The position numbers and the translations under genes are program-made. Positions 19,498 to 28,439 of a stretch of DNA of 53,340 nt are shown piece by piece. The number at the start of each line of letters is the position of its first letter. The first letter of the stretch is position 1. This stretch comes from a bacterium (GTDB lineage: Bacteria > Fidelibacterota > UBA2242 > JAFGTP01). The notes under the pieces were generated by a model, which searched no databases, had not been told where the DNA came from, and worked only from the letters and a program-made list of their open reading frames with translations. The stretch covers positions 1 through 53,340 of the forward strand of contig DATGCI010000255.1 of the NCBI GenBank assembly GCA_035312185.1, in the 5' to 3' direction.

Positions 19498-19526
19498 AAT
19501 CTATGTCATGAAATGTTAAATGTCAA
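19498..19526 (-). promoter_or_regulatory. Candidate sigma-70 promoter of the rex-mrp-mbx operon
   Basis: On the minus strand: -35 TTGACA (19526..19521), 17-bp spacer, -10 TAGATT (19503..19498); the palindrome starts 2 nt downstream. Confidence 0.45.
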
Positions 19527-19776
19527 GAAAAAAATAAATATAGTGGCCTGGGCCCTATCCAAAGTTAAATATAGATGCATTTATATTACTGTATTTTAGT
19601 ATATTATATAAATATTTTTTTATTTCTGGAAAATTTGCGATAAATATAATTTACAGCATAAAAATATTGATTTATTTTCCAGGTTTCTGGTTAATAGTTT
19701 ATCCCCTAGCTTAACAATAGATGTAAATTATTCAATTAACACTTGATTTGTGAATTTTAGTTTGTTACATTAATTA

Positions 19777-19790
19777 TGAACTTATGTTCA
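19777..19790. promoter_or_regulatory. TGAAC-N4-GTTCA dyad (TGAACTTATGTTCA) upstream of the CGGC operon
   Basis: Perfect 5+5 inverted repeat 73 bp upstream of ATG 19863; same dyad occurs twice in the DUF134 promoter. Confidence 0.45.
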
Positions 19791-19862
19791 TTATTAGAGA
19801 GCGCTTGTGAAATTACCACCACAATCAAATTTATTTAAATTTTTAAAACTAGAGGGGTAATT

Positions 19863-20309
19863 ATGGGAAAAATAAAAAAATTGGGGATCATTATTTGTGA
19901 TCGCTATAGGAGGTGCGCAGGTGGGAAATGCTTTCGCGCTGTTCGTAATAGGAAAGGTGCTTTTAAAAGATACAAGGATAGTAAGGTTGAAGTAAGGGGT
20001 TATACAACCTGTGATGGATGTCCTGGAGGAAATATAGAATATGCTGTTGATGAGATGACTTCTAATGGAGTTGAAGCCGTTCATTTAGCAACTGGTTTGA
20101 TTGTTGGGTATCCACCCTGTCCTTATATTGATTTTTTTCATAATTTTATTGAAGAGAAGTATAAAATTGAAGTTGTTTATGGGACCCACCCAATTCCTCA
20201 AAAATATTATGAAATGCACAAAAAATTGAATACCTGGCAGGAAGCTAAATGGCAGGAGATCATTCAACCAACTCTGGATAATAGGGGTATCCGAATGTCC
20301 TACAACTAA
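19863..20309 (+). CDS. CGGC domain-containing protein
   Basis: IIICDRYRRCAGGKCF and TTCDGCPGGN motifs; 148 aa. Confidence 0.75.
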   Translation: MGKIKKLGIIICDRYRRCAGGKCFRAVRNRKGAFKRYKDSKVEVRGYTTCDGCPGGNIEYAVDEMTSNGVEAVHLATGLIVGYPPCPYIDFFHNFIEEKYKIEVVYGTHPIPQKYYEMHKKLNTWQEAKWQEIIQPTLDNRGIRMSYN

Positions 20310-20368
20310 TTGTAAGCAAAGATTTATTTAATATGGTATAATGGCCATTATAAAAGGATATCAAAAAA

Positions 20369-21142
20369 ATGTATAAAAAAATATTAATTTTATGGTTCAT
20401 CCTCTTTTTGGGTTTTGGATTCTCCCAGGCAACCTCTGGAAAAGCGGAAATTCTAATAAGTTCAGTTTATGACAATTATCAAACTGATAAGGATCTTAAA
20501 AGTGGATGGGGTTTTGCCAGTTTAATTAAAACTCCCCAGGATATGATTCTTTTTGACACTGGTGGAGATTTGGAGAAGCTTCTTTTTAATATGCAAAAAA
20601 TGGAGATCAATCCTGATTCTATTAATAAAGTTTTTATTTCCCACATTCATGGTGACCATTTGGGAGGATTGGAAGGATTGTTAGATATGAATAATGATAT
20701 GACAGTTTTTATTCCACAATCTTTTCCAAATTCAGTAAATAGGATGATTCTTAAAAAAGGTGCAAAATTCATTAGAATTAAAGAACCAAAGCAAATATTA
20801 CAAATTATTTATACAACAGGAGAAATATATGGGCCGCCGCAGGAACAATCATTAATTATTGAGTCCCATAAAGGATTAATAATTATAACTGGTTGCGCTC
20901 ATCCGGGCATTGTAAAAATTATTGAGAAATCGATAAAAATAATTAATAATAACAAGGTTTATCTAGTATTGGGCGGTTTCCATCATCCGTCTCTTTCAGT
21001 TGTAAGCGAGTTCCGTGATATTGGAGTACAGAAAGTAGCTCCATCCCATTGTACTGGCGATAAAGTCAGAAATGCCTTTGCTAAAGAATATAAGAAAAAT
21101 TTTATCGAATATGGAGTAGGAAAAACAATTAGGATAAAATGA
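20369..21142 (+). CDS. MBL-fold metallo-hydrolase (COG1237-like), with signal peptide
   Basis: HIHGDHLGG (HxHxDH); hydrophobic N-terminus MYKKILILWFILFLGFGFSQA; paralog of 41797..42435. Confidence 0.8.
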   Translation: MYKKILILWFILFLGFGFSQATSGKAEILISSVYDNYQTDKDLKSGWGFASLIKTPQDMILFDTGGDLEKLLFNMQKMEINPDSINKVFISHIHGDHLGGLEGLLDMNNDMTVFIPQSFPNSVNRMILKKGAKFIRIKEPKQILQIIYTTGEIYGPPQEQSLIIESHKGLIIITGCAHPGIVKIIEKSIKIINNNKVYLVLGGFHHPSLSVVSEFRDIGVQKVAPSHCTGDKVRNAFAKEYKKNFIEYGVGKTIRIK

Positions 21143-21143
21143 T

Positions 21144-22247
21144 ATGAAAAAAATTGGATTAATCGTAAATCCTATTGCAGGAATGGGAGGAAGTGTTGGC
21201 TTAAAAGGAACTGATGGTGATATTTTCAAAGAAGCTCTTAAACTAGGTGCTGAGCCTGTTACACCTGAAAGGACAAGGAATCTATTTCGTCATGTTGAAA
21301 AGAATAAATATATTGATCTAATAGTCGCTCCTGATAAAATGGGGGCAAAATATATTAAAGGGACAGATATTTCCTATAAGTTAGTCGGAAATATACCAGA
21401 AAAGACTTCAGCAGAAGACACAAAAAGAATCGCACAAAAAATGGTAGATAAGGAAATAGATTTGTTGGTTTTTGTTGGTGGTGATGGAACAGCGAGAGAT
21501 ATATATGATGCTATTGGCCTGAAAATTCCGGTTGTAGGTGTCCCATCTGGAGTAAAAATATTCAGTCCGGTTTTTGCTGTCAGTGCAAGGGCCGCGTCAA
21601 AAATGGTGGATGCATATGTCGAAGGTACCGATACAATAGAAAAAGAGGTGCTCGACATTGATGAAGATGCTTTTCGAAATAATAGACTCGCTTCTAAACT
21701 ATATGGTTATCTTAGAGTGCCTAAGGTTAATAAATTGCTCCAGCAAGGAAAAGAATCCTCAAACCGGGATAAATCTTCCCGCAAAATCAAATCTGAAATA
21801 GCAGAATATATAGTTAAAAATATGAAAAATGATTATCTGTATCTGCTCGGACCGGGAACAACATTGAAAGCCATTTCAAATAAAATTGGTATTCCCAAAA
21901 CTCTTCTTGGCGTTGATGCAATTTTCAACAAAGAAATAATTGGGAGTGATTTAAATGAACAGGATATTTTAGGATTATTGGAAAAATACGAGAAGGCAAA
22001 GATCATTGTAACTCCGATTGGAGGCAATGGGTTTATTTTTGGAAGGGGCAGTAAGCAATTTACTCCTCAAGTATTAAAATCAATTGATAAAGAAAATATA
22101 ATTATAGTTGGTACTAGCAATAAAATTAAAAAACTCGATTGCCTGAGGGCTGATACAGGTGATCAGAAAGTTGACAATTTACTATCCGGAAATATCAAGG
22201 TCATTGTAAGTGGAAAAGAGGAGTCCATAATGGAAGTAAGAGTTTGA
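21144..22247 (+). CDS. ATP-NAD kinase-like family protein (COG3199/AcoX-like)
   Basis: VFVGGDGTARD (GGDGT kinase motif); 367 aa. Confidence 0.7.
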   Translation: MKKIGLIVNPIAGMGGSVGLKGTDGDIFKEALKLGAEPVTPERTRNLFRHVEKNKYIDLIVAPDKMGAKYIKGTDISYKLVGNIPEKTSAEDTKRIAQKMVDKEIDLLVFVGGDGTARDIYDAIGLKIPVVGVPSGVKIFSPVFAVSARAASKMVDAYVEGTDTIEKEVLDIDEDAFRNNRLASKLYGYLRVPKVNKLLQQGKESSNRDKSSRKIKSEIAEYIVKNMKNDYLYLLGPGTTLKAISNKIGIPKTLLGVDAIFNKEIIGSDLNEQDILGLLEKYEKAKIIVTPIGGNGFIFGRGSKQFTPQVLKSIDKENIIIVGTSNKIKKLDCLRADTGDQKVDNLLSGNIKVIVSGKEESIMEVRV

Positions 22248-23233
22248 GTACAATTAAACTAAATATGAATGAGATGCCCTTTCCACCTTCCGATAAAGTT
22301 ATCAAGGAAGCTAAAAAGGGCCTTGCAAAACTGAACCGCTATTCAGACCCAAAGGATCTAGATGCACTTCAGGGTGCGATTGCTAAATATTGTAATGTGT
22401 CAAAAAGGCATATTGTTTTAAGTAATGGATCAGATAGTCTCCTGAGAGAAATAATTCATTCTTTCTCTAATCATCGAAAAGTCATTATGGTTTACCCTTC
22501 ATTTCTTCCTATTGCAAAATGTGCAAAAGAATCAGCAAAGAAGCTATTGAGAATTCAACTCAGCCCTCCCAGTTTTAGACTAAATCCAAAAATTATTTAC
22601 AATGAAATTCAAGACCATACCCTGATAATTATCGATAATCCTAATAATCCAACTGGCAAAGCACTAATTAATAGAGATTTAACTAAAAATATACTTGAGA
22701 ATAAAAATACATTACTGGTAGTTGATGAAGCCTACTTTGAATTTTCTGGAATAACAATGGCTGATTTGGTAGAACAATATCCAAATTTAGCAATTACCAG
22801 AACTCTGGATAAAGCCTTTGGTCTAGCAGGAGCCCGTATCGGATATCTCATTGCAGGAGATATCTTTCTGGATAAATTATCTTCCTCCTATTCATTTCTT
22901 CCACAGGCCAGCTTGAATTGTGCTTTAAAAGTGATAGAAAATCCTGGAGAAAGTAAGCAGAAAATTAAATACATAATTAAAGAAAAGAACAGAATACAAG
23001 AGGCATTAGATAAAATAGGATTACAAGTATTCTCAAGCAAAACTAATTTTTTACTTATAAAATCTAATATAGTTGAACTGACCAAAAAATTAGAAGATCG
23101 GAATATACTTGTTTTTGATCTTTCCAAACATTGGATACCTGGATATATTCGGGTAACAATTGGAACACAAGAAGAAAATGATATATTTCTGTCTAATATA
23201 AAATGTATTCTTCAAAAGCATAAAGAAAGTTGA
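22244..23233 (+). CDS. Class II PLP aminotransferase/decarboxylase (HisC- or CobD-like)
   Basis: DNPNNPTG; TLDKAFGLAGARIGY (PLP-Lys region); TTG start overlaps the upstream stop, with an alternative ATG at 22265. Confidence 0.75.
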   Translation: MSTIKLNMNEMPFPPSDKVIKEAKKGLAKLNRYSDPKDLDALQGAIAKYCNVSKRHIVLSNGSDSLLREIIHSFSNHRKVIMVYPSFLPIAKCAKESAKKLLRIQLSPPSFRLNPKIIYNEIQDHTLIIIDNPNNPTGKALINRDLTKNILENKNTLLVVDEAYFEFSGITMADLVEQYPNLAITRTLDKAFGLAGARIGYLIAGDIFLDKLSSSYSFLPQASLNCALKVIENPGESKQKIKYIIKEKNRIQEALDKIGLQVFSSKTNFLLIKSNIVELTKKLEDRNILVFDLSKHWIPGYIRVTIGTQEENDIFLSNIKCILQKHKES

Positions 23234-23261
23234 TTTAATTATTAGAAAAGGAGAGTCTCAA

Positions 23262-24428
23262 ATGAAAGCAAGCAAAATGGTTTCGGATAGAATTTCGCAA
23301 ATTGAAAAATCTGCGATTCATGAAATGACAAGATTATCCAAGAATATTAATGATGTTGCCTTTTTGTCCTGGGCAAAACCGACCTCTGGCACACCGGGGC
23401 ACATTAACAAGGCTGCCATGGAAGCAATAAGAAGTGGAAAAGTGGGAGGCTATTCTCAAAGTTCAGGATTATTGGAATTAAGGCAGGAAATTGCAAAAAA
23501 ATTGCAAAGAGATAATAATATTGATGCAAATCCTTCCCAAATTATTGTTACTGTAGGTGCTATAGAGGGTTTATCTGCATCTATAATGGCCCTGATCGAT
23601 CCCGGTGATGAAGTGATTTTGCCTTCTCCAACTTATTCCACTCACATTCGTCAGGTTGTGCTTGCTTCCGGAAAACCGGTGCTTGTTCCAACTATAGAAG
23701 AAGAAGGCTTTGACCTGGATATCGATGCTATGAAAGAAGTAATAACTCCGAAAACAAAAGCCATTTTATATTGCTCTCCAAGTAATCCCACAGGGACTGT
23801 TTTTTCTGAGGAAACTTTAAGGGAGTTAGCCGATATAGCGCTGAAAAATGATTTGATGATAATTACAGATGAAGCCTATGAATACTTCACATTTGATGAT
23901 AATCAACATTTTAGTATTGCTTCTATACCTGAATTGAAAAAGAATGTAGTCAGTTGTTTCACTTTTACAAAAAGTTATGCCATGACTGGCTGGAGAATTG
24001 GATATTTACATGCTGATGGATCTTTAATACCACACATTACAAAAGCTCACATACCCTTTACAATTTGTGCACCAGTCGTTTCCCAATATGCCGCATTAGG
24101 AGCGTTAAAAGGATCACAGAATTGTATTACAGAGTTTAGAGAACACTATCTTGCAAGAAGGGATCTAATGTGCGAGAGATTGGATAATCTTAGTCATATC
24201 TTTGAATACCAAAAACCGGGTGGTTCTTATTTAATGTTCCCAAAAATAAAAATAGAAGAAGGTCGGGATTCTACGAAATTTTGCAAAGATCTTTTACAGA
24301 AAGCAAAAGTATCAACAACTCCTGGAATTGCTTTTGGTCCAACTGGAGAGAGGCATTTACGGCTTTCATTTTGTGTATCTGAAGAAATGATAAACAAAGC
24401 ATTTGATCGGATGGAAAAATATTTTTAA
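23262..24428 (+). CDS. Class I PLP aminotransferase (AspC-like)
   Basis: SPSNPTG; TFTKSYAMTGWRIGY; Shine-Dalgarno AAGGAGA upstream. Confidence 0.85.
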   Translation: MKASKMVSDRISQIEKSAIHEMTRLSKNINDVAFLSWAKPTSGTPGHINKAAMEAIRSGKVGGYSQSSGLLELRQEIAKKLQRDNNIDANPSQIIVTVGAIEGLSASIMALIDPGDEVILPSPTYSTHIRQVVLASGKPVLVPTIEEEGFDLDIDAMKEVITPKTKAILYCSPSNPTGTVFSEETLRELADIALKNDLMIITDEAYEYFTFDDNQHFSIASIPELKKNVVSCFTFTKSYAMTGWRIGYLHADGSLIPHITKAHIPFTICAPVVSQYAALGALKGSQNCITEFREHYLARRDLMCERLDNLSHIFEYQKPGGSYLMFPKIKIEEGRDSTKFCKDLLQKAKVSTTPGIAFGPTGERHLRLSFCVSEEMINKAFDRMEKYF

Positions 24429-24528
24429 ACCTCTAAAAACAAGATTAATGCTTTAAATTTTAAGATAATTTCAAGTGGGAATGCCGATAAAATAAAAAAA
24501 TAAATATATTAAAAGTATAAGAGGTGAT

Positions 24529-25950
24529 ATGAATTCGCAACCATTTAATATTTATTCCCTTTTTATGCCCTATTTTTGGGCTAAGAAGGATAAAATCATT
24601 AACAAAATTCAGAATAGATTTGATAATATAAAATTAAGTGGTTTCCAAAAACTGGATGGAATTATTGATACAAAAAGCCGGTCTAAAGCTTATCAAGAAA
24701 TTGAGAAAGCGGATAATAATCTGGATGGAATTATCGTATTTGGTGGCTTTTTAGACAAAGAATTGACAGATTTTGAATTGCCAGTCATTTTTGTGAGAGC
24801 AGTAATGGGGGTTGGTGACTGGCAAAAAGGGGTTGCTAATTTTTATCAAGATGAAAAGGTTTTGACTTCAACCTTGAATGAGATAGATAATCAGGAATCA
24901 AATATAGAAGCGAGTTTCCAGGATTTATTTGATAAAATTAATTTAATAAAAGCTTTAAAGCAGATTAAGCAGACAAAATTAATTTGCATTCAAGAGAAAG
25001 AAATATTTGGGAATTACGATGTGTTTGGCATGGATTATCATTTTTCTTTGCCTTATAATTATAATCAGGTTTATAAAAACAATTTAGAAAAATTGGGAAT
25101 AAATATTGAACATATTAAAATGAGCAACCTGGTGAAAGATTTAAAAAGAATCAATGAAAACAAAATCATAAAAATTGCCAATCGATGGATTAACAATAGT
25201 CGGAAAGTAAATCAGGAAACAGACAGGAGCGAGATTGAAAAAGCGGCCAGAATGTATTTAGCAATTAAAGGATTGATGGATACAAATAATGCTCAGGGAG
25301 CGATCATACGCAGTTTGGTACCCTGGGCAGAAGGTTTGATAGATGTCACTCCCTGTTTAGCAAATACAGAATTAAATCGGTAGTTAAAAGTAGGAGTATG
25401 TGAAGGTCTTGTTAATAATGCTATTGGTGAATTGCTGGGACTAAAATTCGCTGGCAAGCCTAGTTTTATTGGCGATGTTGTTGGTATAGATTCTATCAAT
25501 AACATCGTAACCTTTGCCCACTGCCAAAGTCCAATTAATCCTCATGGGGATAAGACAGTTTCCTATAGTATTAGAAGCCATGCCCTCCAAAAAAAGAATA
25601 GAATGTTGCCTGATTATTATCCAGAGATAGGAAAGAATAGAAGCGCTGCTGTTAAAGTTGATCTCCCAATAAATGAGACTGTCACAATATTTAAAATGAG
25701 CCTGTACGACCAGAAAATTGCGGTTAGCAGAGGTAAAACAGTATTTGGTTCCCAATTTTACCGCGATTTTGACGATAGATTATGTCGAACCAAATTATCT
25801 GTGAGAATGAATGCCAGTGGCTTTGAACAAAACTATAACACTACAACTTTTGGAGTCCACCGCAATATTTTATTTGGGGACTACAAAAAGCCACTGCAAC
25901 AAATCGCCAAATTAATAGGATATAATATAATAGAAGAAGACAGAAGTTAG
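24529..25950 (+). pseudogene. Single 473-codon frame interrupted by one in-frame TAG (25381..25383); possibly a sugar isomerase (L-fucose/L-arabinose isomerase superfamily)-like protein
   Basis: ORFs 24529..25383 and 25432..25950 share a frame; translation continues LKVGVCEGLVNNAIGELL directly after the TAG; family assignment is by eye only. Confidence 0.5.
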
Positions 25951-26015
25951 TATAATTTAAACGCAATGCTGAATAAGTATTCTCAAATTGTATATTGTAA
26001 CTGAATTAAATGGAT

Positions 26016-26831
26016 CTATTCCAGGATTTTTTCCACATTCTCAGCAATAGTTTTAAATGAATTGGATGTCATGGAATCGGGACGTTCCAGAAAAACCGGT
26101 TTTCCGGCATCACTGAGTTCGCGATTTTCCTTTTCCATAGGAATATTGCCAAGATAAGCTACGTCCATTTGTTCAGCCATTTTTTTGCCACCGCCAGTGC
26201 CAAAGAAATCAATTTCTTTGCCACAATGGGGGCAGATCAGACCAGCCATATTTTCAACAACAGCGATATTGGGAATTTCCAGTTTTTTGGCCATATTTAC
26301 AGCCCGGCGACAATCCAGCAAAGAAACTTCCTGAGGTGTAGTGACTACAATTGCCATTTTAGGTTTGAGCTTCTGAGAAGCAGTCAAAACTTCATCTCCA
26401 GTACCAGGAGGCAGGTCAGAAATGAGATAATCCAGCTCTTCCCAAACAACATCGCCGATGAATTGATTAATTGTTCCCGAACGGAGAGGACCACGCCAGA
26501 TAACTGGTTGATCTTTGGGAACCATGGGCGCGATGGAAATTACCCGCAGACCTTCTTTAACATGGGGTAGAATTTGATGCTTGTCCATGGCTTCCGGTTT
26601 GCCTTTGATACCCACCATTTGAGGTACATTAGGGCCCGTTATATCGGCATCAAGTAGACCGACTTTATTCTTATTATCCAGTAAAGCATAGGACAGATTG
26701 ACAGCCACAGTGCTTTTTCCAACACCACCTTTTCCACTGAAAACTACAATTCTATTCTTAATCTGTTTCAGATTTTTTTCTATGCGGTTGTTTTGTTCTT
26801 CCATTTGTTTCTGTTGATTCATTTGTTGCAT
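26016..26831 (-). CDS. Mrp/NBP35 (ApbC-type) iron-sulfur cluster carrier ATPase
   Basis: Deviant Walker A SGKGGVGKST; CPHCG motif; 271 aa. Confidence 0.9.
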   Translation of the reverse strand: MQQMNQQKQMEEQNNRIEKNLKQIKNRIVVFSGKGGVGKSTVAVNLSYALLDNKNKVGLLDADITGPNVPQMVGIKGKPEAMDKHQILPHVKEGLRVISIAPMVPKDQPVIWRGPLRSGTINQFIGDVVWEELDYLISDLPPGTGDEVLTASQKLKPKMAIVVTTPQEVSLLDCRRAVNMAKKLEIPNIAVVENMAGLICPHCGKEIDFFGTGGGKKMAEQMDVAYLGNIPMEKENRELSDAGKPVFLERPDSMTSNSFKTIAENVEKILE

Positions 26832-27056
26832 TTTTGATTCCTTCTTAAATTAAATAATCGGAAAAGTTAACTATCTTAGAGCTTGTTTCCCAACTTAAAT
26901 TTTTTGGGTTGGAATTTGTTGTATTGTTAAAGTATTAAATCAAATATTTATAGCCTCCTGACCTTTTTTTACAGATCAGTTGATTTTTTGTCAATGCTAT
27001 ACCCCCCGCCCTCTATTAAAGAGGACGAGAGGTTAGCAGAGGAGGGACTAAATTAA

Positions 27057-28415
27057 TTACTCTGATTCGATTTTATTAATGGCATCTTCAGCAGCTTTAA
27101 TCAAGGGATATTTTGTTGGTGCAGTAGTCAACAGAGGATGAGTACCAATTTGAAATGAGACTAGTTCATAGACCGTTACAGCTTTTTGAATAGCCAGAGC
27201 AATGATATTGATCATTTCACCAACAGATTTTCCGCCACAAAGTTCACCACCAATGATTTCACCATTGCCAGGAGATACGATCAATTTGACTTCAATCTCC
27301 TTCGCACCTTTAATTGTGCCAGGGTGGCGATCCATGGTTTTAAATTTACCGGTTACAAATGAGACATTGGCTTCCCGAGCAGTCTGTTCAATTGCTCCTG
27401 CCGAAGCAAAAGCGTGACCGTGAATCTCGGTGGAAAATACTGAAAGTGTGCCATAAAAATTCCGCAGCAGTTTGATGTTAGACAGATTGTAACCCAGAAC
27501 ACGGGCTTTGGCAGTTGCTGTGGAAGCTAGCATAATATTATCTGTACGGCCGGTTATGAATCCGTGAGTTGCCGAACAATCGCCGACTGCATAAACTTCC
27601 TTTACACTGGTACGTAAGTAGTTGTCCACCTGAATAGCACCATTTTGATCTAGTTCCAGGCCACTTACTTGAGCCAGGTCTGTATTGGGCTTAAAACCGA
27701 TAGCAGAAATGACAAGATCGGCATCTATTTGGTAACCATCCGCCATTTCTACTCCGGTAACTTTTCCATCCTTTCCCAGAATTTTTTTGACGCTCTTTTC
27801 AGTAATTACGTTGACGCCGACTTCAGTGAGAAGTTTATCGGATTTGGCAGCAAAATCTGGTGAAAAAGCTTGATACAGACAATGTTTCGCCATCTCAACA
27901 ATGCTGACTTCTTTATCTTTGTGTTTTGCTAATTGTTCAGCAACTTCTACTCCTATAAATCCACCACCGATCACAACAATTTTATTCTTCTTTTCTATCT
28001 CTGAGTGCAATTTGTCAATGTAATTATAACGTTTGCGAATATAATGAACACCGTCCAGATCATAGCCTTCAATGAATTCCGGGATTATAGGACTTGATCC
28101 GGTAGCAAAAACCAATTTTCCATAGGAAAATTCTTTCCCATCCTTTGTTGATAATTGTTTGGTGTCAGTGTCAATTTCTACAACCCGATCGATTAAAACT
28201 TCGCCACCAACATTGATAAAACCTTTAGGGCCCATTTCATTATCTTTGACTCCTTTTAGATCGTGAAAAACATAGGGAATCCCACAGGGAACTAGACCTT
28301 TGTCATCTTCCTTGATCATCAAGAAGCTTTTATCAGGATTCTGCTTTTTACCTGTTATACCTGTGATGATCCCTGAAGGACCACCACCAATTATTATGAC
28401 ATCAAATTCTTGCAT
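27057..28415 (-). CDS. Pyridine nucleotide-disulfide oxidoreductase, CoA-disulfide reductase/NADH oxidase/NSR-like
   Basis: IIIGGGPSGI; single redox Cys in LVPCGIPYV; second fold VIGGGFIGVE; 452 aa. Confidence 0.8.
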   Translation of the reverse strand: MQEFDVIIIGGGPSGIITGITGKKQNPDKSFLMIKEDDKGLVPCGIPYVFHDLKGVKDNEMGPKGFINVGGEVLIDRVVEIDTDTKQLSTKDGKEFSYGKLVFATGSSPIIPEFIEGYDLDGVHYIRKRYNYIDKLHSEIEKKNKIVVIGGGFIGVEVAEQLAKHKDKEVSIVEMAKHCLYQAFSPDFAAKSDKLLTEVGVNVITEKSVKKILGKDGKVTGVEMADGYQIDADLVISAIGFKPNTDLAQVSGLELDQNGAIQVDNYLRTSVKEVYAVGDCSATHGFITGRTDNIMLASTATAKARVLGYNLSNIKLLRNFYGTLSVFSTEIHGHAFASAGAIEQTAREANVSFVTGKFKTMDRHPGTIKGAKEIEVKLIVSPGNGEIIGGELCGGKSVGEMINIIALAIQKAVTVYELVSFQIGTHPLLTTAPTKYPLIKAAEDAINKIESE

Positions 28416-28439
28416 ACATACTCTCCTTTCGAATTACAT

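Noticed and set aside
20337-20352. Perfect 16-bp palindrome TATAATGGCCATTATA between the CGGC and MBL genes
   Set aside because: It is a real palindrome, but it occurs once, is short, and has no T-run or second copy. No function can be supported.
25381-25383. Pyrrolysine or genome-wide TAG reassignment as the explanation for the in-frame TAG
   Set aside because: TAG terminates well-supported genes in the window (ends at 1415 and 7921). No pylS/pylBCD-like genes are visible, and the host protein is not a methylamine methyltransferase. It is kept only as a low-probability alternative in the finding.
26998-27046. GC-rich string CCCGCCCTCT...GGTTAG..GAGG, shared with 47729..47757, as a dispersed repeat
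   Set aside because: Only a 10-mer plus two short blocks match, the spacing differs, and there are just two copies. That is too little to call a repeat family without a genome-wide search.
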